Assembly (NCBI RefSeq): GCF_023055435.1
Contig: NW_025964223.1
Location: 37,324,001-37,388,000 of the forward strand
DNA: 64,000 bases
Reading direction: 5' to 3'
Origin: Haliotis rufescens
Taxonomy: Eukaryota
Part shown: one piece after another, positions 1 to 11,700 of the stretch
Numbering within the stretch: position 1 is the stretch's first letter
Layout of the letters: each line of letters starts with the position of its first letter
Program-made: the position numbers and the translations under genes
Notes under the pieces: model-generated
What the model was told of the DNA's origin: nothing
Database searches by the model: none
The model's input: the letters and a program-made list of their open reading frames with translations, nothing else

Positions 1-53
1 ATGCTGTACTTCTTACTTCAATTCAAACATGACATCAAAGTCATATGGGGACA

Positions 54-250
54 TACAGTCAAGTCTCGTTAATCTGACACTCATTAATCCGACAATCGGC
101 CTTATCCGACACTAATGATGGGGACCGATTAAATCAGTGCTATTTAGACCCGTTGATCCGACAGTCTCGCATTCTGACTCCAACACACCAAATTTGCAAC
201 GAATTACCGAAAGACTCATTAATCAGTCCCATTAATCCGACACAGTGATC
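54..250. mobile_element. Tc1/mariner (pogo/Tigger-like) non-autonomous element, left end
   Basis: TA followed by CAGTCAAGTCTCGTTAATC, a Tigger/pogo-type terminus, then repeated (T)AATCCGACA subterminal motifs. The other end was not identified. Confidence 0.4.
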
Positions 251-935
251 AGCGTACTCCGTGGTCATCTGCCCGCGAGTACACAGCCAGTGTTTTGATG
301 TGAGACGAGTCGGCTAGTAGCTGCATATTACAATGGCTGCAGAGATAAGCTTGCTTAACAAAAAAACAAATTATAGCTTTAAATAAAGAAAACAGAATTA
401 ATCACATGCTTAGATTACCTCAATCTTATTAAAATCAGATACAAGTTCTCTCTACCGCCGAGGACACCCCATTACAGGTCACATCAGAAAGACCTTTCGC
501 AAACTATGACCGATCTATGAAATGACTAACAGGAAGTTGACATTAGCCACTTAGAAAGCAGCTTTCTTGAGCCTTGCGGAACCACTTTCAAACTCGCGAC
601 TTCCATTCCAGGCTTTGCTTTTTAAAGTATTTTGAATAAGTCATACAGTCTGTAACAGTTGTTTTGTGTTTAGCTTTAGAGGTTGCATAATTAGAAAACA
701 TATTCCGCTAACAATGTAACATATTAATATGAATACTTCATTTTTTATTTTTTATTACATGTTTGTATCATTACCTATCGTGAAGTTCTCTGATTTTCGA
801 TCACGAACGTTGATACTTCTTAATTTCGTATAAGCTTGTGTAAGCAACTCTGTGGTGTATTCTATTATACTGCATCTAAGTATCATACATAGATATATCA
901 CTGTAAACTTATGTAACATATGTCTGCTTCCATAC

Positions 936-3900
936 CTTTTTGATGAGGAAAACTCTCCCCTGGATGTGAGCATCTTTATCCTTAGAATCTTGGACATTGA
1001 TGTGAATGAATACACTTTCTTTCTCATAAAGGACCTGTGGAAAAATTGAAAAACATAATATGGTATCAATGATCAGTGGTGTAGGAAGCATTACCTTGCA
1101 GCATTAATACATTATTTATCATGATCATGATTACAAGGATCATATGTTGTTATCGATCACTGTATTTATTGCCTGTCCAGACTCAATATTTACAGGCCAC
1201 CATCATATTATAGCTGAAATATTGCTGAGTGCAGCGTTGACATCATACAAACAAAACCAACATATGTCCTGTCCTACAATCATCATAAATTCAGATCCAA
1301 ACACCAAGGTATATGTTGAATTCTTTTAATACTGTACATAACCTTTTTAATCTTACTTGCATCAGGTGTGAAATAATAAACTCTCAAACTTGTTAAGGTT
1401 ATTTGAATATTGAATGATCTGACATTGTTTCCCAAATGGAGATTGTACCCTGTGTACCTGAGTCACCAGTAAGAAAGCTGGACCATACTGGACTGTGCAG
1501 CTCCACAAGACATACATCACTTCATACAGTTATCTCCTACATACATTCAGCACCTTTCCACGGCCGGGTGAGCAAATTTCATCTCCAGCAAAACAATGAC
1601 TTTTTGTCCATTAGAGGTATCGCCTGACACCTCGAGATACGATACTTATCACGATACAGACTGACAATACCACTGGTATCATCATACTCCACAACAAATA
1701 CATGTACCGGGGTAGTTAGAAATGAAGAAAGCACTGAATTACAACTCTAAAACCTCTGCACACAACCTTTTTTCTGTATGAGGACTTATCAAAATCAAAC
1801 TGTAGACTAAACGCAGCAGGCTCGTCCACTATTACCACCACCTCCCCGTGTTTCGCTATGCTACTTCAGTTGTTATACCATCGGTTCCTTTTCTATTTAT
1901 AGCAATGACAAAAACTGACAATTCAAGTATCGTCTGTAACTAAATATCGATGACACTGTAGGTATCAGTGAATCATTAGCCCTATTGCCATGATTGCCAT
2001 TTCACAGGTGTTTATGTATGACAAAAAGAATGCATAAAGGTCAACGATCTCAATAAGTTTTCAACTTTACATATTTCTACTACACATGTTCCACATAGGT
2101 GAAAACAAAAAGACATTGAGTAAATGTAGCCACTCATTAATCATTGGATTGGTTTTAAAAAAATTAAAAACTTTTAGAGGGTTAAAGTTCAGTTCAATTT
2201 CTAGGACATTCAATTTCATGCATATTTTCATACAAAATGTCAAAAAGATATTTTAAAATTGATAATCATACACAAGAAGGTGATACAATAATGAAAGTGT
2301 TCTAATGCCATTCGTCTCTAGCACTGCACTGACACATTATTGTAATAATTAACACATCAAAACTGATAATCATGATAATACACAAGCAGTAGAAAAAACT
2401 GACCCAAAGTTTTCAACAAAATCTTATCTTAACATATTTCTGAATTTAAAGGTTATCCAATGTATCCTTCTTCATGTTCATGTCAAAGTGTACAATACAT
2501 TGACGTACCCTCTTTAATAACTGTGTATACACAATTCGCATTACACGCATGGCAATAGATCAATAATATTCCCTTGCTAGATGCAAGAACCTGCTTTCTC
2601 ATTGGTTAATTGGTCCATATATATGCAAATTTTGTGCAATCGTAGGGCCTGGCATCCTCTATGATCCAGTGAATAATTTCTCCATTCAATTATGATAAAC
2701 ACTCTGGACCCATTCAACACAAAAGCTTTGTTTCGGAAGTGACGTTACCATCTCCATCTGGCTTATCACTAACGGATATTCTCTCGCTCATGGGCTGGAA
2801 TAAATATGTCTCTTCTGAATAAGAGTTCGGCACAACACAAAGCAACATTCATTAAATTGGGGATAAAATACAGTATGGTCACAATACAATACATATCATG
2901 ATACATGGGTAACGATACGAAATATATCGCAATATGCATATTTACCTCAAATCACATGGAAATTTCTTGACTACAAATACTTCAGAGCAGGTTCAAAAGG
3001 AAAAGCTAGCTTTGGATATTCGTGGAAACTATTTTTAGTAGTGAACGTTAAATGCACTTTACAACACATTTTGTAATATTCCAGTGTATCATCTTGTATT
3101 GATACAGTAAAATGTATCGTGTATCGTATTGTCACCTGAAAACTCACAAAGCACTGATGTATCGATACAGCCCTACTTAATACGAGTGAGCCTGTGATAC
3201 ATAAGCATCATATTAGTGAATCAGAATACTGTGTAACATTAGATTTTAAGTGGAAAAGATGTTTTCTTGACTATTAAGATTGTACTTCAGTTGTATTTGA
3301 GGCAGTATGTAACAAGGTGAATCATGTATTGGTGCTATCGCCGCTTGTTTCAACACTGAAAGAGCTGCACAACGTAACTGGACAGCTATTTTTTTAGTTC
3401 TGGCATTAAAACTGGAGTGAGATGAGCTGTGTCGATTGGGTCTAGGGTAATAACGGAGAGATAACACACTGGATAGTTGAGGACGGGGGACTGGGCAGTC
3501 TTCCATGTGTTGCTTAGTTTTTCTTATTGAGGGCAAGCTGCAAGTAGTTTTCCTTGGCTTTTGGCATATTTAGTAAAACCATGTTAAAAATGAGAGTACA
3601 ATATTTGTTTAAATCTGACACTACATTCAGCATGTTCAGTCCTATTAAATTAAAGTCTACACAAAACAAAAGAGCAAATCCTTAGTCAACGCACAGATCA
3701 TTGGACACAAGGTTTACAAACTTGAAAATGTAATGACCACTTTATTATGGCTTTTAATTTCCCCATTCAGTATTCCAATAATAGGGCTTTATCCAGACAT
3801 GTGTTCAGATTTCATATTTACATGTTAAATGATGAATGGAACCATTTATGTTATCTGAATATCACATAAATATTCATATTAGTTAGGTACAGGTACACAA

Positions 3901-6900
3901 TTTCAGTTCTATGCTAAAATCAGTTTGGATTTTTTATCAAGTTTATACAAACACATTGCAAGAAGTTGGAATGGATTAAACTAAAGGACAAGGTCAGAAA
4001 CTGTAGCCAAGCATCTATCAGCACATGTTGACATGTTATATATACAGTATAATCTAACCCTTTAGTCTTATGAAGATAATCAATTGGAGATTTGGCACAG
4101 AGCAACAAATTAGACCGTCTGGATGTAAGCTGGATAACACTACCATGGTAATCAAAGTTGGTTGGTTGGTTGTTTAACACCGCACTCAGCAATATTCCAG
4201 GTCTATGACGGCGGTCTGTAAATAATCGAGTCTGGACCAGACATGATAATCAAAGGACTACATCTAAAGACGTCACAGTATCATGATCAGACACCAGTCA
4301 GAAGCCCAAGAACAGTTTGTTGGCTTTGTTAAACGCAGATACATGTAATAATATTAACAGTAAGATATACTGAAGATGATGCAGAGAGACAAGTTTAAGC
4401 AAGTAGTCTCAAAGTGTTTGGGCACAGACTGCATCTAACAAGACTGTAAGCACTGAGTGTTCAACATAATCTCACAATAACACTTGCAGAACTAGTGGCA
4501 TGGGCTAGTTCCATAACATGATAAACTTGATTCTGGACACTCTTAGACCCAACCAGCCTACAAAATGACCATGATGACAAACAAATGGACATCAAAAAGT
4601 AACATTGGCCAAAACAAATTAGTCAACACAGCTATGGATTAATTGTGCATAATTTTTCCAAGTGTACTTTAGACAATATGTGGCATTTCCATTGGATGAG
4701 AGGTCGGTCACATGACCACAAACCTAACAGTCATATATTTTTAATGAGACTGTATTCTTGAAAGAACGAATACACTGACAGACTACTTCCACATTCCTTG
4801 GGGAATTCCCTGGCCCAAATTAATACAGAAGCATTGTTTCTGATCACATACAAACTTACATCTCCAACTGAGCATTTGAAAAAGAGCTTTTGACTGTATG
4901 CCTGTGATAATATGCTTGCTAGAATCCATCCCTGAACAAAACCCTTAAAAGAAATGCACACCCATACTTTACATGCAACAGTAGGCAGTGTCCCAAATAA
5001 GTGTCTGCACATTTGCCCATGGCTGGTAACTTTTCTGTCGGGCTGCATGAAATTTTCCTCCACATGCCTGACTGACTGTCTGGCAGAAAATATTAAGACT
5101 ACTTAATGATGTATTCAGTTTTATGATAAATCCTTGTAGATTCTCAAGTAATTGTTTGCATTATTTCAAATGAATCAAGACGTGATTTGTCTCATATTTT
5201 GTTGTTTATATTTTTCAATATTAATAATGTCTGGTTTATTGAAAGTTTTGGAAATCTCCCCCGCCATGTTGTTCATGTCAGCTCATTCTGTAATCTTGAA
5301 GTAAATGTATTACAATGCACTGTTACAGACTTGCTGAGGCAGTTCTTAACAGACATTTCTCACCTACTACTGATATCACATAAATGTATTTGTTGTAACC
5401 AAACCTAAAATAATGTTACTGTAGAGATATTTGAGCATACATACACTCATGTTATCTCTCGTTTTGAGGAAATTATTTTCACACGATACAGCTTGGTGTA
5501 TGACTGTCAGTGTAAAGATGTCATACATACTAATTTTGTTTCCCATAAATACATCTTGTTAACACATGTACACCCAAAGAAAAAAGTGAGAAGACTTGCT
5601 GTAAGTGTTTTGAATAAAGATACATACAAACACACAGATTTATTTACAATAATAGTAAAATATGGTTTGAATGTGTAAATATTACGTTCAAATAAGAGAA
5701 TGTCGCCTATGTTGAATGTAAAAATGCATGTTGAACAATTGATAAGGTGAATATTGTTACAGCAGCAAATATTGTCTGGGGGGAAGAATACATACATATT
5801 ATGAAATGAAAAATAGGTGATATCGCCACCTGTTTTACACAATATACTGAATAATCACAGACATCATATATACCGTCTCTTGTACATGAGAAGGGTGCGC
5901 TGCACTCCATGGTACTCAGTGAATCGCTTGACACTAATTAATTCAATCAGGACAGACCCACTCAAGTGCGACCCCAGCAAGTGTGATTAACATGTCCAAT
6001 AAATTCATCCAAGCGTAATAGTTATTGTTAATCGTAAATAAAAAGGTTTTCAATCAAGGATTGTGCAATTTCTAAGAATGAACCATGTATTTTGAAAACC
6101 GTATAGTTTATAGGGGTGACTATTGAGGCATTTTTGACTACTGCGATACTATTGCGATAGTTAAAACAACTATTGCGATACTATTGCGATAGTGGCCCTA
6201 CTATTGCGATACTATTGCGATAGTTTTCACTTGCAATTATAGCAGGCTTTAACAACATATATTTCAGCATTTTGACTGACACCATCAAACTAATTATAAC
6301 TTTCTGATACTATGTGTAAAGAAAACAAGAGTGAAAAGAAAACAAGTTCAAATTGACCTCTCAAAAACATTTTAATACAAAATTTCACTTCATGTAACTG
6401 GTAAAGTCTTAGGTTACTGCAGTGTTTTAGCACCAATGTGAATGAATGTGAATGAATGTGATAGAATGACTAGTATTTGATCCCCCTTTTTCACGTGGAC
6501 GAATATCTGGGTGCCGTCTTGTCAAGTGGTCGGTCAGATTAGTAGTATTTCCTGAATACTTTAGAATTATCCGACAGATTCTACAACTTACATTTTGCTT
6601 GTCTGTCTCATTTTGCGTTTTGACAAAGCCAAAATGGTCCAATACCCACGATTTTCCTGCCTTATTGGCGATAATTTCGAACTGACATGTGGCGTCCGCC
6701 AACTTGTCAATGTTGCCTAGCGACGAGTAGCTAAGGGACGTAACTCTAAATCAAGCAGACAAAGTAGTGCAATCCAAACGAAAGCACGACAGAGGTTAGA
6801 TGATCATAGGAGTTGTTTCTATGTTTTTTAAGAAAGTAAATGTACCAAACAAATTAACTATCGAAACTATCGATAGTTAGACAAACTATCGCCAATAGTA

Positions 6901-8280
6901 TCGATTGTTTCAAGTTGCAATCGATAGTGTACTATCGTGAGACAAGCAATCGCAATCAATCGATAGTTTGATGTATCGTTACACCACTAATAGTTTATGT
7001 TTTAATCTAACAAAAGTATGATTACTTGAATGATCTTTGGTCTCACAAAATGTAAAACATGCTTCTGATGTTTTCGCTTGGCAATTTTGGTGCCATTTTA
7101 GCCTGATTCTCATACGACATATACAGGTGAGGTGAAATAGGGTTTAACGTCGCTTCCAAGATTATTACACTTATATAGCGACGTGCATGCACGTGTGTGT
7201 GGCTGCTTATACTAGTCCGGACTGATGCCGATTTATAGTGCTAGCACACTGAGATACCATGCTGCAGTTTAACATGAAAACCCTACTCAGACACAGTATA
7301 CTGACTCCGAGCCGACCAGTCCTTGTTTTACCCCCTTAATGCTGAGCGCCAGACAGGGTAACAACAAGTACCATCTTTTAACGTCTTTAGGTATGACGCG
7401 GCTGGGGATCGAACCCCAGACCTTCCTCTCTCCGTGCGGACGCTCTACCATTAGACCACTGAGGCGGTCTTACAACATATACAAGACAGGCATGTCTATA
7501 TTTAGTAATCAGGTTATAGTACCATATTCAAGACTGCTGTTTACTGGGTACAGCTTAGATCTCAAGTGCTAATATTGATTTTTAGGGTTGTGTTAGGGTT
7601 AGCCTTGGTCATCCTCATTTCTTTCCATATAGCCAATGGATCCTCTTTCCGATCAAGAACCCAACAAGATCCTGAGGTCCGTTGTGTGTTAGAGCAAGCT
7701 TTAGCATGGTTAGCTACCTAAAAACTATATATAGATGGAAGAAACGGGCTATATGTAAATAAATATAACTTTTGGATATTAGATTAACTGATTATCCACC
7801 AAGCTGAACTACAAGCTGGCTGAGTTCGATCCTCTGTGTGGTCCTGATTGAAATCCAAAAAATTGCAGCTGGTAATACTCTCAGCCAAGCTTACAAACAT
7901 GATCAATGACTCACATGCACAATGTATATATAATGAATAATTGTTTAGAGAATGTTTCCATTTCCTGAACATGTTGAAAGATCATAAATTCTGATTTATA
8001 TTCTTATAGGTTATCATGTCACCTAAATTGAGAAGTTTAATTACAATTTTTAGATTGGCTGTATGTGTCAGTTGTTAACTCCTAGTTAATCTCAAGAGAA
8101 TGTCCTGTGTTGCACTTGAAGTCATGACAGTTTATAGTGAGATGACGAGCAGGTGCTAGGTTAGCAGTTTTTCTCAAATATCCTTCAGTAACTATCCCAT
8201 TATTATTATTTAACATGTCAGTACAGAGCATCAGTATGATATTTGTAACTGAATTTTACCTGGTCCTTATGCGAAGCCAT
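936..8280 (-). CDS. TBC1D15: TBC1 domain family member 15/17-like Rab GTPase-activating protein, 5' part (continues left of the window)
   Basis: Exon 1 is 8280-8260 (ATG GCT TCG CAT AAG GAC CAG|gtaaa = MASHKDQ, phase 0). Exon 2 is 1034-936 (ttccacag|VLYEKESVFIHINVQDSKDKDAHIQGRVFLIKK|gtatgg, 99 nt). Exon 2 resembles the vertebrate TBC1D15 N-terminus as I recall it (IIYEQEGVYIH...DGLISGILRVLEK). The exon 1 assignment rests on splice phase and position. Confidence 0.78.
1612..1985. mobile_element. Degenerate hAT-type MITE
   Basis: Ends are TAGAGG...AGCCCTA, with clustered GATAC/GTATC subterminal motifs. The TSD is degenerate. Confidence 0.4.
2857..3176. mobile_element. Degenerate hAT-type MITE
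   Basis: Right end is ...GTATCGATACAGCCCTA (TAGGGCTG-type TIR), with many CGATA/ACAATAC subterminal repeats. Confidence 0.45.
4157..4243 (-). mobile_element. SINE 3' fragment
   Basis: Reverse complement of the GTCTGGTCCAGACTCGATTATTTACAGACCGCCGTC...CTGGAATATTGCTGAGTGCGG tail also seen at about 44420-44510 and 52050-52120, ending in (AACC)n. Confidence 0.7.
6111..6989 (-). mobile_element. Internally deleted hAT transposon retaining a ZBED1-like BED zinc finger
   Basis: Perfect 8-bp TSD ATAGTTTA (6103-6110 and 6990-6997). Termini are TAG(G/T)GGTG, with (ACTATTGCGAT)n and ATCGATAG subterminal repeats. ORF 6427-6702 encodes W..HF...C..C...YSGNTTNL..HL...H (BED finger). Confidence 0.88.
7126..7470 (-). 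mobile_element. tRNA-derived SINE with a MetaSINE-like central domain
   Basis: On the minus strand: A box TGGTCTAATGG and B box GGTTCGATCCC, then GTCATACCTAAAGACGTTAAAAGATGGTACTTG...GGCGCTCAGCATTAAGG (resembles the Meta domain as I recall it), and a (TCACC) tail. ACATATACA occurs on both flanks. Confidence 0.8.
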
Positions 8281-8738
8281 ATCCTATATTTTCAATGAAC
8301 GAGCAATTTGTTGACGGTCTTTCGCGTGACGAGTTGTGTTGTGAATATTGAATGACGTCACCACTTCCACATCCGCCAAGCCCCATGCAGCAAATATTAG
8401 AGTTGACGATCGGTACTGTTACAGTAATGCATGGCAAATTATGAGTCAAGAGATGGTCAACAGTATACATGTTTTCATATCTATGCCACCATAAGAGCTG
8501 ACAGGTATAATTACAAATTCCTTTGGTCCTAAGCGATGTCTTTCATAGTCTCGTGATAGCGTGACGTCATACTTTGGGAGCCATTTTCCGGAAAATGTCA
8601 ATAACTTGTCGAGAGTGTGCTGCTTCTACTTCAAGGAAGCTCTTTACATAAACTTTCTTGTCATCGTGATTCTCTTCTAACCACATGCTGAGAGTGTAAA
8701 TTATTTCATATTATATCTGATAACATCAAATTGGTGAT
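8281..8738. promoter_or_regulatory. Bidirectional promoter and 5' UTRs shared by the TBC1D15-like gene and Rab21
   Basis: 458 bp lie between the divergent ATGs. The region has two perfect CRE palindromes TGACGTCA (8353-8360, 8562-8569), an ETS-like CACTTCC, a 16-bp perfect palindrome CATTTTCCGGAAAATG (8582-8597) and locally raised CpG. Confidence 0.65.
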
Positions 8739-11700
8739 ATGGCAGGTGTAAGTGGGGGAGGCAGGGGTTATAACTTCAAAGTTGTCCTTCTGGGAGAGGG
8801 ATGTGTCGGGAAAACCTCGCTTGTACTGAGATATGTGGAAAACAAATTCAATGATAAGCACATCACAACATTACAGGTAACTATTCTTTTTGTTTTAAAT
8901 ACATTAACTGTCTTGTATTTACAGGAGGAACCTATTCTCGTTCAATGACAGGATACCGAAGTTGTGTTTTATTACTTTTTTGGTATTATTGACGGCAGTA
9001 CCGTAGATAGGAATTACGTAACGTGTTGAGTTTATTATGGATTCTTGTTTGCTTTAACAAATCTTTAACTTGAAGCAAGATTTATACACTGCACTTAAAC
9101 GTGATTGATGAGACACAGTTGGACAAGATGGACATTCACGAATCATGTGAATAGGCTTTGCCACTCACAATGTTGGGCTGACCCATTGACAATAATATTG
9201 GGTAACCTGTACAGAAAATTGCTAACCCATTCACAAATAATCCTAAGGGATTTCAGGTTAGAATTGGGTCCCTAACAACCCAGGCTGGTCATAAGAGGTG
9301 ACTAAATGGAGCTGAAGGAGTCACAGGGACTACAAATATCTACTTTTTACTATACAGAAATGTACCAGAATACAGAACGGTACCCAAGGATAAGTCCATT
9401 CCGCAGTCTGCTAAACTGGTTTCTTGCGTGCTTGTGTAAACTAGACTTCCTGTATGCCAAACCATGGTAAAGCCCAGCATGACAGTGCATGTTCGTCTAA
9501 GTGTCTCTGAACATGGGAGATTTCCGGAATCATAATTATCAATCTGTTTAATGTGATGCATTTCAGGGGGCTATATAATATTGATCATACCCTGGTGTTT
9601 GATGCACTGTAATTCCAAGATGCACAACATACACACGTAGTCAGCAAGGCGAAGTGAACTACAACATGAAGCGGTTTTGGTTTGAGGAATATGGACTCGT
9701 CCTCCATTTTGAGTCCCGGATTCCATTCTGATTTTGGCTTGGGTACATTTATGTGTACCAAAAAGTACATGAGGTAGTACCCATGCCAAAAACTACCCCT
9801 TCAGCCCAAATGGATCGGGGTAGTCAGGCTTGGCTATTTGATTGATGGCTTGTCAACGTAACCCGATGACATGGATCATTGCTCATAATACACAAACACA
9901 CACACACATGTTCACAATTATGGCCTGAATCATACACAATGATAATTTAGAACATTTATTTGCAGGCAGAACCATACACATGCTCATTAGTATCAATTCG
10001 CTTTCATACACCAATATTTCTGAGACATTTCAATAGTATTCTGGCATCTGAATGTAATAGATATGTAAAAAAATATAATTTTATTATGAATTATCATGAT
10101 TATAGGTTGAGTATCCACTAGAACATGTATTTTAACAGGTTTGAATTCATAGCAAGATTTGGGGGCATGGGTGGCCTAGTCTAAGGCGCCGCGATTCACT
10201 GTGCAGAGTTGCGTCCCTTGGGCACACCAGAAACCTATGATTGTGGGTTCGAATCCCGGTTCGCCCTGATTATGTTTCTAGGTTTGTCAGCACCATACCC
10301 GTGCTCGTGGGTTTCACCGAAGTGGTAAAGGTCTGAGACCTGCATCACTTCGGGCTTTCCTCCCACATTAAGCTGACACGCCGTGATATAACTGGAATAC
10401 TGTTAAAAGCGGCGTTAAACCAAACTCACTCACTCATAGCAAGATTGAATTGTTGACATGCTATGTAAAATCAATAACTTGAAACTCAAAGAAACAAGTC
10501 ATCTATAACCAGTACATTCTAAAACTCTAGATAATGAAACTCTGAACTAGTTCTTTTGTTAAGTGTTAGTTATTTAAGTGTATAGCTGTTTCATTATGAG
10601 TTGACATTGTATTTCAGGCATCATTTCTTAACAAGAAGCTCAACATTGGTGGAAAAAGAGTAAACCTATCAATATGGGTAAGCAATCCTTCATTTTATCT
10701 CGGAAGTTAATAATAGGTTATGTCAACTAAAAATATAACATCATTGCTGTTAGAAATTTAATTTAAGATCGGGGCTAGCCCTAAGGGCTAGTGTCTTGTA
10801 ACTTTCACAAGCCCAGGAACTTGAAGCAATTTTTTTTTTTTAAAAACAATATTTCAAGTGTAATAATCATGATAATGTAATTTAGGCCCATTTAGCACTA
10901 ACTCACCCCATATTTTTGCTGGCTGTCTGTCTGTCTAAAAGCAATCCCTCAGTTTGCAACAACAGCCTCGTGATCAGTGAGCCCTGAGAGCAGCTCATCC
11001 GACCAGTAACAAATGTCATCAATAAATATTATTGGCGTTGTATTAGTTTGTTATCCTTGTTATTGTTTGCTACATATTAAAAGAAAATCAGCAGTAGTTT
11101 GGTTTAACATGTATAATGTTCACGTTCCATATTCAAACAACTCGCACCAACTAACGGTTACTTACCTCAACTACCATCAGATTACTGCTATCGACACCTT
11201 GGACCAAACTTCAGTTGACAGAGAAAGGATACATATAACATGTATAATGTAAATACCATATTTTGAATTATAAAAAGTAACATTTGTTGTTGTTTGACTG
11301 TTATATGTCAATATATTGTTTTCATGATCAAAATAATATGTCCAAGGGATGCTTGTGGAAATCCCTGATTGGTTGATCTCAAACAGTCGCCCTTCAAAGT
11401 CATCAAACTGTTCCATATATGAAAAAATATCCGGTAATAAATCAAAGTGCTATCCTTGTGATTATTTTTATTGTAAGTACAGTGAAAGCAGCAACTAAAA
11501 TATCAACACAAAAATATATGAAATTGTTCCTAGTAGAAAAATTGTTTCAGATAGTTTCAATTTCTTCTGCTCATTGCATTGAAATTCATTTAAAAATTTA
11601 AAATGCTTTTTTTACATAATACAAGACATTGTACATGGGATAATCCTAAACTCTGCTTATCATGCTTAAATATGCCTAGGAAAACATGAAATATATTTTC

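Noticed and set aside
2480-5940. Short ORFs in the TBC1D15-like intron 1
   Set aside because: No recognisable domains or consistent in-frame splice structure. Alternative non-coding exons cannot be excluded.
7380-7470. tRNA genes (also 10160-10270 and 44900-44970)
   Set aside because: A and B boxes are attached to SINE bodies and simple-repeat tails, and no full cloverleaf is evident.
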